Of a DNA stretch of 64,000 nucleotides, positions 46,683 to 58,919 are shown piece after piece. Both the position numbers and the translations under genes were made by a program. The notes under the pieces were generated by a model. It worked only from the letters and a program-made list of their open reading frames with translations, was not told where the DNA came from and made no database searches. Origin of the DNA: Vitrella brassicaformis CCMP3155. Lineage: Eukaryota; Protista; Chromerida. The stretch spans positions 1 through 64,000 of the forward strand of contig CDMY01000470.1 in NCBI GenBank assembly GCA_001179505.1. Direction: 5' to 3'. Every line of letters begins with the position of its first letter. Position 1 is the stretch's first letter.

Positions 46683-48975
46683 ATGCCTTCACCGGCCATC
46701 GCCTTCATCCTTTCATCATGCTTTGTCCTCACTCACGCCCGATGGGCCACCGACGGCACGGCCAGCAGCCTCCTGCCCGCCCTCATCAGGGCGTCCAGTG
46801 GCAACCGCACCGCCCCTGTGGGAGACGCTGAGAGAGGCTGCCACAGAAGCGACCCCGAGTGCAAAGAAAAGCTCATCTTCGTTGTCGAGGTGGGCAAAGC
46901 ATTGCAGACCCCATGAAAATGTGTTACATGTCTGTCTGCGGTGTACGTGTCCTCGACATCAAGTTGGGTGCCCCCTCTGCATGCACTGCAGGTGTGCCGG
47001 CATGGCAACCGCTCGCCCTACCACTACTTCGAGAAGGACACAAAGAACGGGCTCGACACATGGTCAGTGAGTGAGTGAGCAGCACATGCCTTCAGGAGAC
47101 TCTTTCTTTGGTGTTTGCACTGACTGTGCTGTGGTGGCTGGGCCGCAGGGAGGGTGTGGCGGAGAAGGGCTGGCTGACGAGGCTTGGAATGCTGCAGCAC
47201 TACCTGATCGGCGCTATAGCCCGCAAGAAGTACGTCCGGACCTATCGGCTGCTCAGCGGCAGGTACACGCCACGGGAGGTGTACGTCCGCTCCACTCTCG
47301 TGCCGCGCCGTCCTCTCCGCCCAGTCACAAATGGCAGGCAAGCACATTCCCACCTCACACACACACATGCATTGCAGCCCCCCACCCATTCAGCGTGTCT
47401 TTCATATCAGGTTTGTTTCCTCCCGGTTCGGGCCACCACTTCACAATGGCTCAGGAGGACATGCGCGATGCGCTCTACAGGGAGACCGGCAAGATCAGCC
47501 CCATCCGCCAACACCTCTCACTTCACAGCAACGGCACAGTCGGCGAAGACGACCCCACCGAGACCATCCAGAAAATGGGCGACGCCGCATCGCTCGACAT
47601 CAAACAGGTGACCAAACGAGCCACGAGACACCCTTTGTGATATGTGTGTGTGTGTTTGCGTGTGGTGGTAATGGTGGTGAATCAGGTGGTCGGTTCTGGG
47701 TGCAGCCCGCTGCCCCAGGCTTTCGACATGGTGCCGGTGTACACTGTCGAGAAAGAAGAGGACACCCTGCTCCTCGGCTTCGAGGACGACATATGTGACC
47801 AATTCAAAGACGAGTACATGGCGACACACAAATGCACCGCATTCCACAGCCCGATGATGGCGCGGCACGAGGCCGTCCTGGAGGGGCACGTCAAGGGCGC
47901 ACAGAAATCCAACTCCGCCTCATGCGGCAAGACCAGCACTCAGGTGATGGAGCACTTCAAGGGCATCCTGGACAGGGCTGACAAGGCCCTCGGCAAGAGT
48001 CTGTTCGAGCCGGGCAAGGCTGTAAACGCTGACATTCATGTGGCGTCACACATGGCGGACGCTGTCGTCTGCCAGATTGCTGACGGCCGGAGACCCGCCA
48101 TCAAAGACGCAGTAATGGAGCTAGGGAGATACTTGACGAGTGCATTGTCAGCACCCGAGACACTGCATGTGACTCTGCTTTGTGTGTTAGGACGTCATCA
48201 AGGGGTACCGTATAGAAGAAAGACATGTCTGCTGCATCGATTGACACATCCATCCAATTGCATCCATCCGTCCATCCATCCATCCGCGTCTCTGTGCGCC
48301 TCAGGTTGATCGACCTTCTCGACGCCTACTTCTCCATCCGGTTTGCCGACCCCGTCATCGCCTCACACGGCTCTGCAGGTACGATGAGCAGGCTGCATGC
48401 AGAGAGAGACACAAGCCCCGCATGACCTCTTTGTCTGTGTGCTGCATCAGAGTTCTACAAGCTGCTGGCGTCCCTCTTTGAGAGCAAGGCCGCCCTGGCC
48501 AAGGACCCCACGAGTGCCCTGGCACTTAGGACAGGAAGAGAGGCACTCAAGGGGGCCCCAGGGCTGGCGGAGGCAGCCAACGTGTGGGAGACACTGAGAT
48601 TCCTCTACCTCTCGGCACATGACAGCACCGTGGCCGCATTCATCGCAGCACTCGGCGTCTTCAACGGCGTGCAGCCACACTTCGCTTCGGTGAGGGAGGG
48701 AGGGAGACAGGAAATGACCGCTGTGTATCGTTCGGTGGAGGAGCTGTGTGTGCGTGTGCGTCTGCTAGACCATCTTCTTTGAGCTGTGGCAGAAGGGGCC
48801 CTCCGGCGACTTCTTCGTCCGGGTCATTTACAACGGTGACGCTATGGGTGTGTGTGGCGAGGGCATTCAGGACTGCCCTTTGACGCAATTCCTCGACAAG
48901 ATCCGAAAGATTGGCGGCGGGATGAAGGTGAATGAGTTTTGTCTGCAGCCCCCGCCCTCACCCCAGCAGACGTGA
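46683..48975 (+). CDS. Secreted/lysosomal histidine acid phosphatase (His_Phos_2), with an apparent 2-nt frameshift near 47307
   Basis: The signal peptide is MPSPAIAFILSSCFVLTHA. Catalytic and conserved motifs are LIFVVE|VCRHGNRSP, GWLTRLGMLQHYLIG, EVYVRST, YLSAHDSTV, QPHFAS, LFELW, FFVRVIYNG and CPLTQF. Confidence 0.9.
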
Positions 48976-49239
48976 TGGATTGACTGATTGATGAGACACA
49001 CACTGCTCTCCCTGGCGGTGGCTGCATACCGAGACACTGATACAAATGGGCGGATGGATGGATGGATCGGTCAATCACCAGAAGGTCCAACTTCTGTCCA
49101 TCCATTCACCAACCATCGGTGACAAATTAAGGCCGAGAAACTCCCGGCGAGAATTTGAGACGGGACAAACCCCGCAAACCCTGCCACAATGCAAAACACA
49201 CTTTTGCGTTTTTCTCCGTCACAAACACACCAATACCCC

Positions 49240-50838
49240 CACCAAGCAGCAGTCGGCGGCGGCGCCCACTCCATCTACCGATAAGGGCGACACGACGGCC
49301 ACTTCCCCGTCATCACCAGCCCCACCACAGCTGCACCTAAGGATGGGCGCCTATATCAGGGCCCGCGACGACAAGAGGGGGCAGTGTGAGGACGCCGCCA
49401 GCATTGCGGCTAAGGCGGGCGTCATGGTGGTGGCGGACGGCGTGGGAGGCTTCGCCGACATGAAGGACGGCGGCGTCAGTGCACGCGGTTTAATGCAACT
49501 CTCGCCGCCCTCGCCTTCATCTTTCTCTGGGTCTTCCTTCACGGGGGCATTCTCAAGGGCTCCGACAAGATTATCTTGTCAGGCATGGCGGTCTCAGTGT
49601 TGCTGTCCGGCGCGGCGGGGGCTATCTATTGGTTGCCGAAGCCTCTGTCGTTGGATTGCAAAAAGACATACGCCAACCTGTGTTTTGCGCGTGCAGTGGC
49701 CGTCAACACCATGGACGAGGCCATGGCCACGCCACCACCCCAAGACGCCCACACCAACAGGGCCAAGCAGCTGCTGGAAGCAGGATGGGCCAAGACAGCC
49801 GCCGACCGACACGGCCCGCCCGGCGCCAGGACCATCGCCGTAGCCGCCACCACGCACAACGAGGAGGGCCGGCTGTGCATGGACCTCGCCGATAAGGGCT
49901 ACACTACGGTGGACCAAAAGATCCGAAGTAACCATACGACTTGGAACGCAAAAGGCGACGTCTGTATGTCTCAAAGTCTTCACTTGTGTCTCGGGTTGTG
50001 TCTCCGATGGCTGCCTACATTTTATATCCGACAGACATGTGATCTCTCACCGGCTCAGCCTCACACGAGCACTGCCGCGGCGGGGGGCTACGCCAGGCTG
50101 TGGATTCAGTCCGCCAACAGGTAGTCAAGAGGGAGAGACACGTACATATAGCATAACCCAGAACAATGCTTGCTCGTGTGTCAGCTGTTGTTCTAGCTAT
50201 AGCCGCCGCCATACACGATGAGGAGGCCGGCTGTGCGTGGACCTTGCCGGCTATGGCGACTCGACGGTGTTGGTCGTCAGGCGCCCCGCTCACGGTCCCC
50301 CCACCATCGTGGCCGCGCTGGAGCCCATGCAGCACCCCAACCAGCCCAACTACCCCTTACAGCTGCAGCGCATCCCCCGCTGCCGGGCCGCCGCCATCCG
50401 GGCCGCCGACATCCTAATACCACCACCGGCCACCCTCAAGCGGCTCACCCGCACTGACCACCAAGCTGAGGATGCGTCAGAGGCGACCATCGGCATTCAG
50501 GCGTGTCGGTGTCCCCTCGAGTGCGGCGATATTGATATCGCCTGCTCGGACGGGGTCACCGACAACCTGTTCCAGTGGGAGATCGTCTCCTTCGCCAACA
50601 TCCTCCGCAGCCAGCCCTCCCACAAGATGGCCGCACTTCTTGCGCGGCTGGCGTACCGCAAGAGCAAGAACAAGAGCGAGAAGCTCGACACGCCTTTCCG
50701 GCAGATGTGGGAGGCGCACGGCGAGGAGTGCCGGCAGGGCGCTAAGGAGGACGACATCACGGTCCTGGTGGCCAAGGTGGAGGCGGGAGAGGGGAACTGT
50801 GAGGAGGGGGAGGCGGGGCGACGGGCAGGCTGGCTGGT
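49240..50838 (+). pseudogene. PTC7-like PP2C phosphatase, copy B (insertion at about 49488-49681; frameshift at about 50226)
   Basis: Motifs are LRMGAYIRARDDKRGQCEDA, VVADGVGG, GPPGARTIAV, AGYGDSTVLVV, NYPLQLQ, IACSDGVTDNL and EDDITVLVAKV. The sequence gaggaggccggc lacks one G relative to copy A. Confidence 0.8.
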
Positions 50839-51300
50839 TCTGCTGTGTGCTCCAAAAGTAAAACTGACACACACACCAAAAACAGAAACACAGCCGTCAT
50901 CCACCAATCCCACGTGCCTGTGTGTGTCATGACCAACCGGGCTGCCGAAGAGAGTGCGGCATTTGGTGTTGAGGTCCTGCTGCACATCGAGTGGGAGTGT
51001 CTTGACGTAGTCGGCCGTCTTGGTTTCCTCGCCTGTCGGTGCCGGTCGGCACGTCTGCGTCTGCGTCTGCGTGTCGAAGTAGTACTGCATGCAGCCACAC
51101 AAAGGAGGAATGTCAATCGAGCCTCTTGACGTTGGTGTGTCTGTTCGTCGGCCGCTCACATCCACAGTGAGGCGTCGCTTTGTGGCCTGGACGTTGCAGG
51201 CGTCCGTCAACTCGTCAATCGTGTCACGAGACACTGAAAGGGACAGTATTGAGGTGTCTTTGTGTCTGCCTATCTGTCTGTCTGTCTATCTGTGTGTATC
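50839..51300 (-). pseudogene. 5'-truncated inverted copy of the 61.3-62.2 kb secreted-protein gene
   Basis: VSRDTIDELTDACNVQATKRRLTVD...YYFDTQTQTQTCRPAPTGEETKTADYVKTLPLDVQQDLNTKCRTLFGSP is shared with 61730-62020. The signal-peptide exons are absent. Confidence 0.8.
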
Positions 51301-51391
51301 TGTTGACAACACCACGGCCACAAGCCCCACCACTTATCTCATGCACGACTGGTCCACTCTGACGCATAGCATCCATCCATCCGTATACACA

Positions 51392-54300
51392 TCACCACGG
51401 TGTGTGTCGTCCCGGGTCAAAAATGGGCGGCATGCGGAGAGGGTCTGCGTCAATGTTGGCACGAATCCTGTCGGTCGACTTGCTCAGCCAGGCCGCACGC
51501 TCACACAGGGGGTGGGAGGAGTGATACAAGAGCCGCAGGCGCTCGTCGCAATGGTGATGCAGCTGCACTCACACGCAGACAGACACACACACATATATAT
51601 GCAGTGTCCTGATGTGTTGGCTTGGCCGTGGGTGGATGGGCGTGTACCTCGTTAGCGTCTGTGATTCCATCGAGTGAAGTCATCCGGGCCATCGACAACT
51701 CACCCGCCTTGAGCATCTCCACCAGCACCTCAGGCTGCGACGAACCTGCAGAGAGAGCATCAAGACACACACCACACTTCAACACGTTTCTCTCTCTAAT
51801 GCGTGTAGGCTGACCTAGAGGATAGTGGACGGCAAGGACGGCGATGCTGGCCAGACACCGCTCAAAGGCCGCCAAGTGCTCCCCGTCGCCATGCAGAAAC
51901 TGACGACAAAGCAACCTGTGCGCCCCATGTCAACGTGGCCCATTCTCGCACTCACTGGCTGACCTGTGCGTTTTCGTCTGCCTCCCTGCCCATGTCGCGA
52001 TGGAGAGGCCCCTTCCACCGCCACAAAGCGTCCACACACCCCTTCATGGCGTCGATCAACTCACGAGCAGCCGGCCGCGGTGCCGCGTACAGATGCCGAT
52101 GCAACGCAGTCTTGACGCGCTCCCGTGCCGCCTTCATCTGCGCCTTGCCGCTGCTGTCCCTGGCGTGGCCCTGCCACCCACAATGAAGGCACCTCTGTGC
52201 GCCATCATCCGCAGTGGTCACTGAATGGCCGAGGGACGCGAGCAGGCTCTGTGTGACCTGGTGATCGCCACCTGTCGCGGCGACCGATTGGCCTTGGTCG
52301 TGGATGCGCCTGCCGATCTTCTCCACGGTTGTGAGCCGCTCCTTCCACCCTTTTGCCGTGGTCATGACACCACAGGCACGGAGGACGTCTCGGTGTGCCG
52401 ATGGCTGGTGGCACGATGGGCATGGCGTCATGTACAGCCAGTCGGACAGGGGAACGGGGGAGGGAGGGGAGGCCACACACGAGGGACAGACGCACTCAAA
52501 GCCGTAATCCCTGGAGGCATCGACCAACCGAGACCAAGACAGTGGGTGACGCGGAAGGGGAAGAAGGCTGCCTCTTCCTTCCCTTTTGTATTCGTTCATA
52601 CCTTTTGAGCACCTTGTGTCGGTCAGCAGACGGCGATTTGCCGCAGAGAGGGCCGTATGTGATGGTGATCTCCTCGCCCGCCCGCACGTCTCGACACAGA
52701 CACACTGCATCCAGGCACACAAATACACAGAGAGCAATAACGAATCTCTCCAATATGTGTTTCGTTTCTGTCTCGTTGGCTAACGTGCCTCTGATGGATG
52801 TCCCATAGAAGGACACTATGGCGTTGGGGCTGCATGAGTGATTCATGTAGGAGGCCCGGGGGTAGAATGCCGTCCCAAACACACAGTGGTCACCCGCTTC
52901 ATTACACGTCGACACCCCAAAGGCGTTGCACCTACACACATAAACAAGGAGACAGACACACCATAGGGGAGGGACAACTGCCCACGGCCGTGCCGCCCAC
53001 GCTCTCACCTGATTCGCGCAATAGCCTGCATGACCACCGCCATTCTGTCGAGTACCTGGTCGTCGATGCTGGTCATCTCACCCTCCCCCCAGTCGCACCA
53101 CACGGCCGTCCAAAACAGCGCACCCACCACATCTTCCACCACACAAGCCACGCTGACACTGTCGCTGCTCGACGGTAGGTGACACACCAGACTCTCCAGG
53201 CTCCTCTCGCCCCTCCAGCTGTCCTCTCCTTGTCTGATCAGCTCGCACGCCGCCACGACTGCTCGCGGCGTGAGCAGACGGTATCCGTTGAGATGGCTCA
53301 CCGATGCCGGGCGAGGCACAAATCCCTCTCCCTGCCTCTTCGAGCTCGGTTGCCGGCACAACAGCACATGGGATGAATCATCGCGACACCTTGGAGAACA
53401 GAAGATGACCCGACGGCATGTGGAGCATGGGACAGTCAGCGGCACGGCGCACTTGGTGCGGAGCATTTTCCGCAAGCAAGCCACCAGAGGATCACCATCC
53501 GTCAAGGGCGCCCCTCCGTCGCTCGCTGTGTAGGTGTCACAGATCCGTGCCAAGCAGCCGGCGCACCGCGCACATGAAGGGGGCAGCTTCTCCCTCCACC
53601 CTGGCGACTCAGCAGCATCAGCGAGCTGCTCATCGAGGCTCCGAAAGTAATACAACGACAGCGCCAAGGAGGTCGGCTGCTCCTGCATGACTTCTCTCCG
53701 ACAGCTGAGGGCGGCGTCTTGATCCGACACGACGTGAAGGCCCCGTGACGGCTCGTCCTCGACGGACCACCCCACCGGCTGACACACGTCCCTTTTGTCG
53801 ATCTCGTCGAATGGCCAGCCGCGAGCGAAGCCCTCGTCCGTCACCTCTGACAGCATATCGCCCAGCAGCTTGGCCACGCGCAGCCGGTCGTCATCCGACC
53901 CACCATCCATCGCCAGCCTATCCACCTCTCTCATAGCAGCCTTTCCCTCCTCCCCCTTGTCAGCCCCGAGGGCATCCATCGCCTTCTTAATGCGAAACCA
54001 CGCCTTCACATGGGTCGGCAGCCGAGCCACCGCCGCAATGCCGTCCGTCAGTGCCAGCCAGGGGCAGTCCACCCGCAGGAAAATGAGGCTCCGGTTGGTG
54101 AGTACCACGGCTGCCGCATCGTCTGTCGGGGCGGTCTTGAGGGCCTCTGTGTAGTAGTAGATGGCCTTGTCCTGAGCGTCCCCTTTAAAGGCCTCATTGC
54201 CTTGCTGCCGCACTGCATCTGAAAGCTCACGGGATTTGCTGTCGGTGTCGGTGCTGCGCAGTAGATGGGACAGAGTGGCCAGCAGCTCTCGCCTGACAGC

Positions 54301-54504
54301 CAGGGATGAGCAGATCTGCGCGAGCAGATCCCGCCATGTTGAAAGATCAGCAGCTGAGCCGGCCGGGATGTTGCGTAGCGCCTCTTCTGTCGCCTCACGC
54401 AAGTGCTGCAGACACTGTAATGGCGAATGAGCACTCATTGATGTGCACTGACCAGTTCAGTGCCTCACCTGAAGTCGGCCGTCCATCAGACCTGAAAGAT
54501 CCAT
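51392..54504 (-). CDS. TPR-SET-MYND lysine methyltransferase (SMYD4-like architecture)
   Basis: TPR: QQGNEAFKG...AIYYYTEAL...VLTNRSLIF. SET-N: EPSRGLHVVS. MYND: CARC...CSTCRRVIFCSPRCR...HVLLC. SET: RCNAF...FYPRASYMNHSCSPN...EEITITYG. Post-SET: FECVCPSC. A helical C-terminal domain follows. Confidence 0.9.
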
Positions 54505-54823
54505 CGTATCTGGCTCTCAACTCGACATCATAGCCATTGATTGGTACCCAGGAAGCCAATTGGAAGCGGCTCTTCGGCTCTTCGCCATTTCCCCTGTGCG
54601 AGCTTGAACAGCGCGCGATTTGCGAGCTTCGAATGTCTTTAAGGCAGAGGCGAAAGGAGGCTGCTCAGCAGGTCGTCCTCGTCGCGCAAGAGGGTGCTAG
54701 TGCCAACGTTCTATGAGCAGTGATTGAGCGGAGAGACCGAGGGAGAGAGTGAGTTGTTCTTCCATATTCTGCGAGAGAGTGAGTGCTTAGTCAGCACTGC
54801 CCCTCCCATCCCCAGCAACTAGT

Positions 54824-57800
54824 ATGGTGTGGCGGAGCTGCTTGCTGCTGGTGGCCGGCCTTGCAGTCGCGAGGCGCGCTGCCGCAAGTTGTTTTGACGC
54901 CGTTGATCTCATAGAGTACGATGGCCTGCCCAGCCACAAGAAGATGGAACAGTGCCTGGCGGACAAGGGTGAGCACAGAAAGAATCGCGCCAGCCATTGC
55001 TGCACAGTATTCATCGCCTGTTTGTTGTGTGTGCTTGTGTTGCAGAGGATGGCGAGACCAAGTACTGTCTGGCGACGGTCAACTTGATGAACAAAATCGG
55101 TGTCACGGGCGGATTCTGCCTGCCCAAGGACTGCCTGTAAGCACAGCACACCACACCACGGCAAAACACATCACGCCAACCACACACAGCCACACCCCTC
55201 TCTGTGTGTGTGTGCGTGCAGGATAACAGAGATAGAGCAGTTCATCCAGGATGTGTGTGCGGTGTCGGACTGCGCCTCCCTCGACCTGCCCAACCCCCTC
55301 GCCAAGGAGCTCTGCCCCGTCATCCAGTCCTCCCTCTGCAACCCACAAAACCGCACACAAGCTGGTAGGCCAAGGAGCCATATCATGCAGCCAGCCGGTC
55401 ACACATAAACCCATGGCTGTCCTCTCTCTCTCTTGGCAGGGAACAATTTGAATGTGACGTGTCTGGACCGTCTTGGGATCCGGCATGATGTACGGCAGCA
55501 GCAGCTGGAGAGCGTCCTGGCCTGTGGCGGCGGCGACCCACAGGCGCAGCTCGACTCGGGACTCATTAACGACCTGGGAGACTACGACGGATGCCAAAAG
55601 GTGAGTTACAAGGCACTGCTGTGTGGGGTATGGATTCATGGATGGATGGATGGATGGATGGATGTCAGCTGGCTGACAGCCACTACTGCCTGGCGACGTA
55701 CAACCCCCTGCCCGTAGCCTCCGGCCAGTGTGTGCCCCGCTCGTGCAGCTCAGACAACTACAAGACCACCGCACACTTCGTCTGCTCCATCCCGGACTGC
55801 GTCGCCTACGCGTCACTCATACCCATCCAAAACTGCTTCCTGTGGAAAGCCCTCGTCTGCGGCGAGGCACCACCGACCCCCCCGATGCACGACGACGCAC
55901 ACGTCATGCGGGCGGCTTTCCGCGGCCACGTGATCGAATTCCCCGCTCTCGGGCCGGCAGCGCCGCACAGCTTGTCTGCTCGGGAGGTGGACAGGCTGCA
56001 GAAGGTGCTCCAGGGGCTTGGGCCGTTCGTGGGCATCGTCAACCGCACGAACGGCCTTCACGACGGTGCGGGGGGCAAGATGACCAGCGTGGTGTCGAGA
56101 AGACGGCTTCAGGTGGGTAGGGTAGGGTGTGGTGTGGTAGCGCCGGAACCGACAGGGCAATGCAGGCAGACAGTCCACTGTGCGCGTGTGGGTGTGTTGT
56201 GTTGTGCAGGACATTCCCAACTCTGGCCCCCAGGGGTTTGCCGTCACCTGCGACTTTGGTCCACCTCAGGTCGACAGCGGACTCATCGGCTTCATCTGCC
56301 TAACCGGTCAGGGACTGACAAACCAAATAATGATTGATCCCCCATCCCACCCCATCCACAGCAAGCAATTCGTCTCTTTGCCTGCCACCAGGTTTCCTCC
56401 TAATGGTTGGTGCCATTGCGGGCGCCATGTCCTACTACGCCAAGACACATCCCAAGGACGACACCGACGCGCCGGGAGGCGGCAAAGCCCTCGACACACT
56501 CGGCGGCATCTCATCGTCGGCGCGTGATATGGGCGCTGTGTCCAGCTCAGCTGGTGCAGGTGGTGTGGGTGTGGGCGTGAGGGACGTGCGTGTGGACCGC
56601 TTCGAGGCGTCGGTGGCGCACCAGGCGGCGCTGAGCACCCGGGGGCTGCTGGAGGGGCAGAAGGAGGAGGACAGCATGGGGTACAAGCTGCTCATGTGCT
56701 TCGACCCCATCAATAATTGGAACAAAATGTTCTCACTCAAGGTCAGCCAGCAGCTCACGTGTGTGCCATCCGTGCCATCCATCTGTGTGTGTCTCCTTCC
56801 TTGTGCAGACGAGTGATAAGTCGCTGTCGTGTTTGAATGGCGTGCGGGTGCTGTCGCTGTCCTGGATCATCCTGGCGCACATACTCGTCGCCGAAGGCAT
56901 CGCCGCCACACTCAAAAACATCCAGGTACGCATCACATCCCATTCATCTCACGCGACGAAGGCGCCTGTGGATGTGTCGTGTTGCGCTGGCTGCAGGTGG
57001 TCGGCGGGTTGCTGCAGCGGTTCTCCTTCCAAACCATCATCGGGGGCTTCTTCGCTGTCGACAGTTTCTTCTACCTCTCCGGCTTCCTCACGGCCTACAC
57101 CGTCACCAACACCACCCGCACCAAGACCAGGGGCAAACTGCCTGTCGGAATGGCCATCCTCCACAGGCAAGCGACCACACCAACAAAGAACCGCCCCCAC
57201 ACACAGGCAACCCGATGCATGTGTCGTCCCGCCACACACAGGTATGTGCGCCTGACGCCGGTGTACCTCTTCGTCATCTTTTTCTGGGACAAGGTGGCGC
57301 CGTACCTGGCGCTAGGCCCCCGTTGGCCGCTGCTGTCCCAGTCTTTGGGCGGTGTGGGTGAGGGGAGTGCCTGCGAGAAGTACTGGTGGAGCAACGCCCT
57401 CTACATCAACAACTTCGTCCCAAGCGACTTCGGCCAGCAGTGCCTCCCCTGGTCCTGGTACCTCGCTAACGACTTCCAGTTCTTCCTCGTGGGCATCATC
57501 ATCCTGTGGGCCTACTTCCAGTAAGCGAGCTTACCTCACCGCAGCAGCAACAGACCAGGAAGGAGCAACGTGCCTCTCTGTGCGCGTGTGTGTGTGTCAT
57601 CCATCATATCAGCATTCACAAGCTGGTTGGGTGGCTGACGATCGGCGCTACGGCGGTGGCGGCGTCCATCAGCACCTACATCATCGTGACGCAGCACCAC
57701 TTCGAGGTGTCACTCACACAGGGCGTCTTCGCTGGACAGGCCGACCCTAACAACAACCAGGTGAACATACCACATACACACACACACAGAGAGAGACGGA

Positions 57801-58912
57801 GACCGATGCACACAAACACGCGACCGTATGCCTGTCGATGGTGCTGATCTGGCCATGTCAGATGACGGTGTACTACCAAAAGCCCTGGTGCCGTATTCTC
57901 CCCTACCTAGTGGGGATGGCGGCCGGCCTCCTGTGGGCTGAGCACAGGGGCGACGTGCGCGAGGCCTTCGGCAAAATGAGGGGCGTGGGGAGGTGGGCGG
58001 GCAGCATCCTGGCCGGCGCCCTGATGCTCTTCCTCATCTACATCCAGTGGACGGCCAACAAGGACCACCCCGTCGTCTGGACACAAGTCGAAAACTCACT
58101 CTTCCTCACCTTCTCGAGGTGAGAGATGGCGAATAGAACGATAGCAAACCATTCGCTCGGCATCTTATCGTGTGTTTGTGTGCGTGTGTGTGTGTGTGTG
58201 ATCGATCAGGGGTGCGTGGGCAGTCGGGCTGACGTGGTACGTCTACCTGTGTGCGTTGGGCCACGCCCCGATTACCAATTTCTTCCTGTCCTGGGGGTTC
58301 TGGTCCCCCCTGGCACGGGTCACCTACTCGTCATACCTCATCCACCTCGCAATCATCCTCATGTACGATCGCTCCATTGATGCACACAGCCACACACACA
58401 CAGGTCTCTCCAAGTGCATACGCGAATTTTGTGCTGTCCTGTGGTGCAGGTGGTTCTTCGCCCGCCCATACCAAGAGTACTACTATGACGGCGAGATGTA
58501 CCTGTATGTGCCGGGCTTCATCTTCATCTCATACGTGACGGCCATATTCATCTCGCTGCTCGTCGAGGCGCCCGTCATGAACCTCGAGAAACACCTCCTG
58601 GCGCAACTATCGAGGCTGGGGAGGCGGACCAGGTCGACGGCCGACAACGACAAAGGTAGGCGATCAGAGCAAGAACCATAACACACGCTTTGAGAGCGGC
58701 TGGATGGATGTGTGTGTGTGTGTGTGTGTCGTGTTGCCCGCCCGCGTGTAGTGGGTCCCCTCGAAGAGGCGTCCATGAATCCGTCGACGGAGGCCGGCCG
58801 CAGCCCCACCCTCATGACCATGGGCAGCGAGGCATCCTCATACACACCACTCGACAAGCCCACCACACGACTCAATGGCGGCAGCCAGCCGCCCCCGCCC
58901 CACGGCGCATAA
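54824..58912 (+). CDS. NRF-6/OACYL-like membrane O-acyltransferase (signal peptide, Cys-rich NRF region, Acyl_transf_3 TM domain)
   Basis: Motifs are LGDYDGC...YCL...GQCVPRSC, LNGVRVLSLSWIILAH, FAVDSFFYLSGFL, HRYVRLTP, WSWYLANDFQFF, YQKPWCRILPYLVG, LARVTYSSYLIH and LVEAPVMNLEK. The splice phases checked were in frame. Confidence 0.93.
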
Positions 58913-58919
58913 GGCGCCG

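Noticed and set aside
48928-48948. 21-nt GT-AG mini-intron at the end of the acid phosphatase
   Set aside because: It is far shorter than other introns here and reads through in frame (VNEFCLQ), so it is more likely coding.
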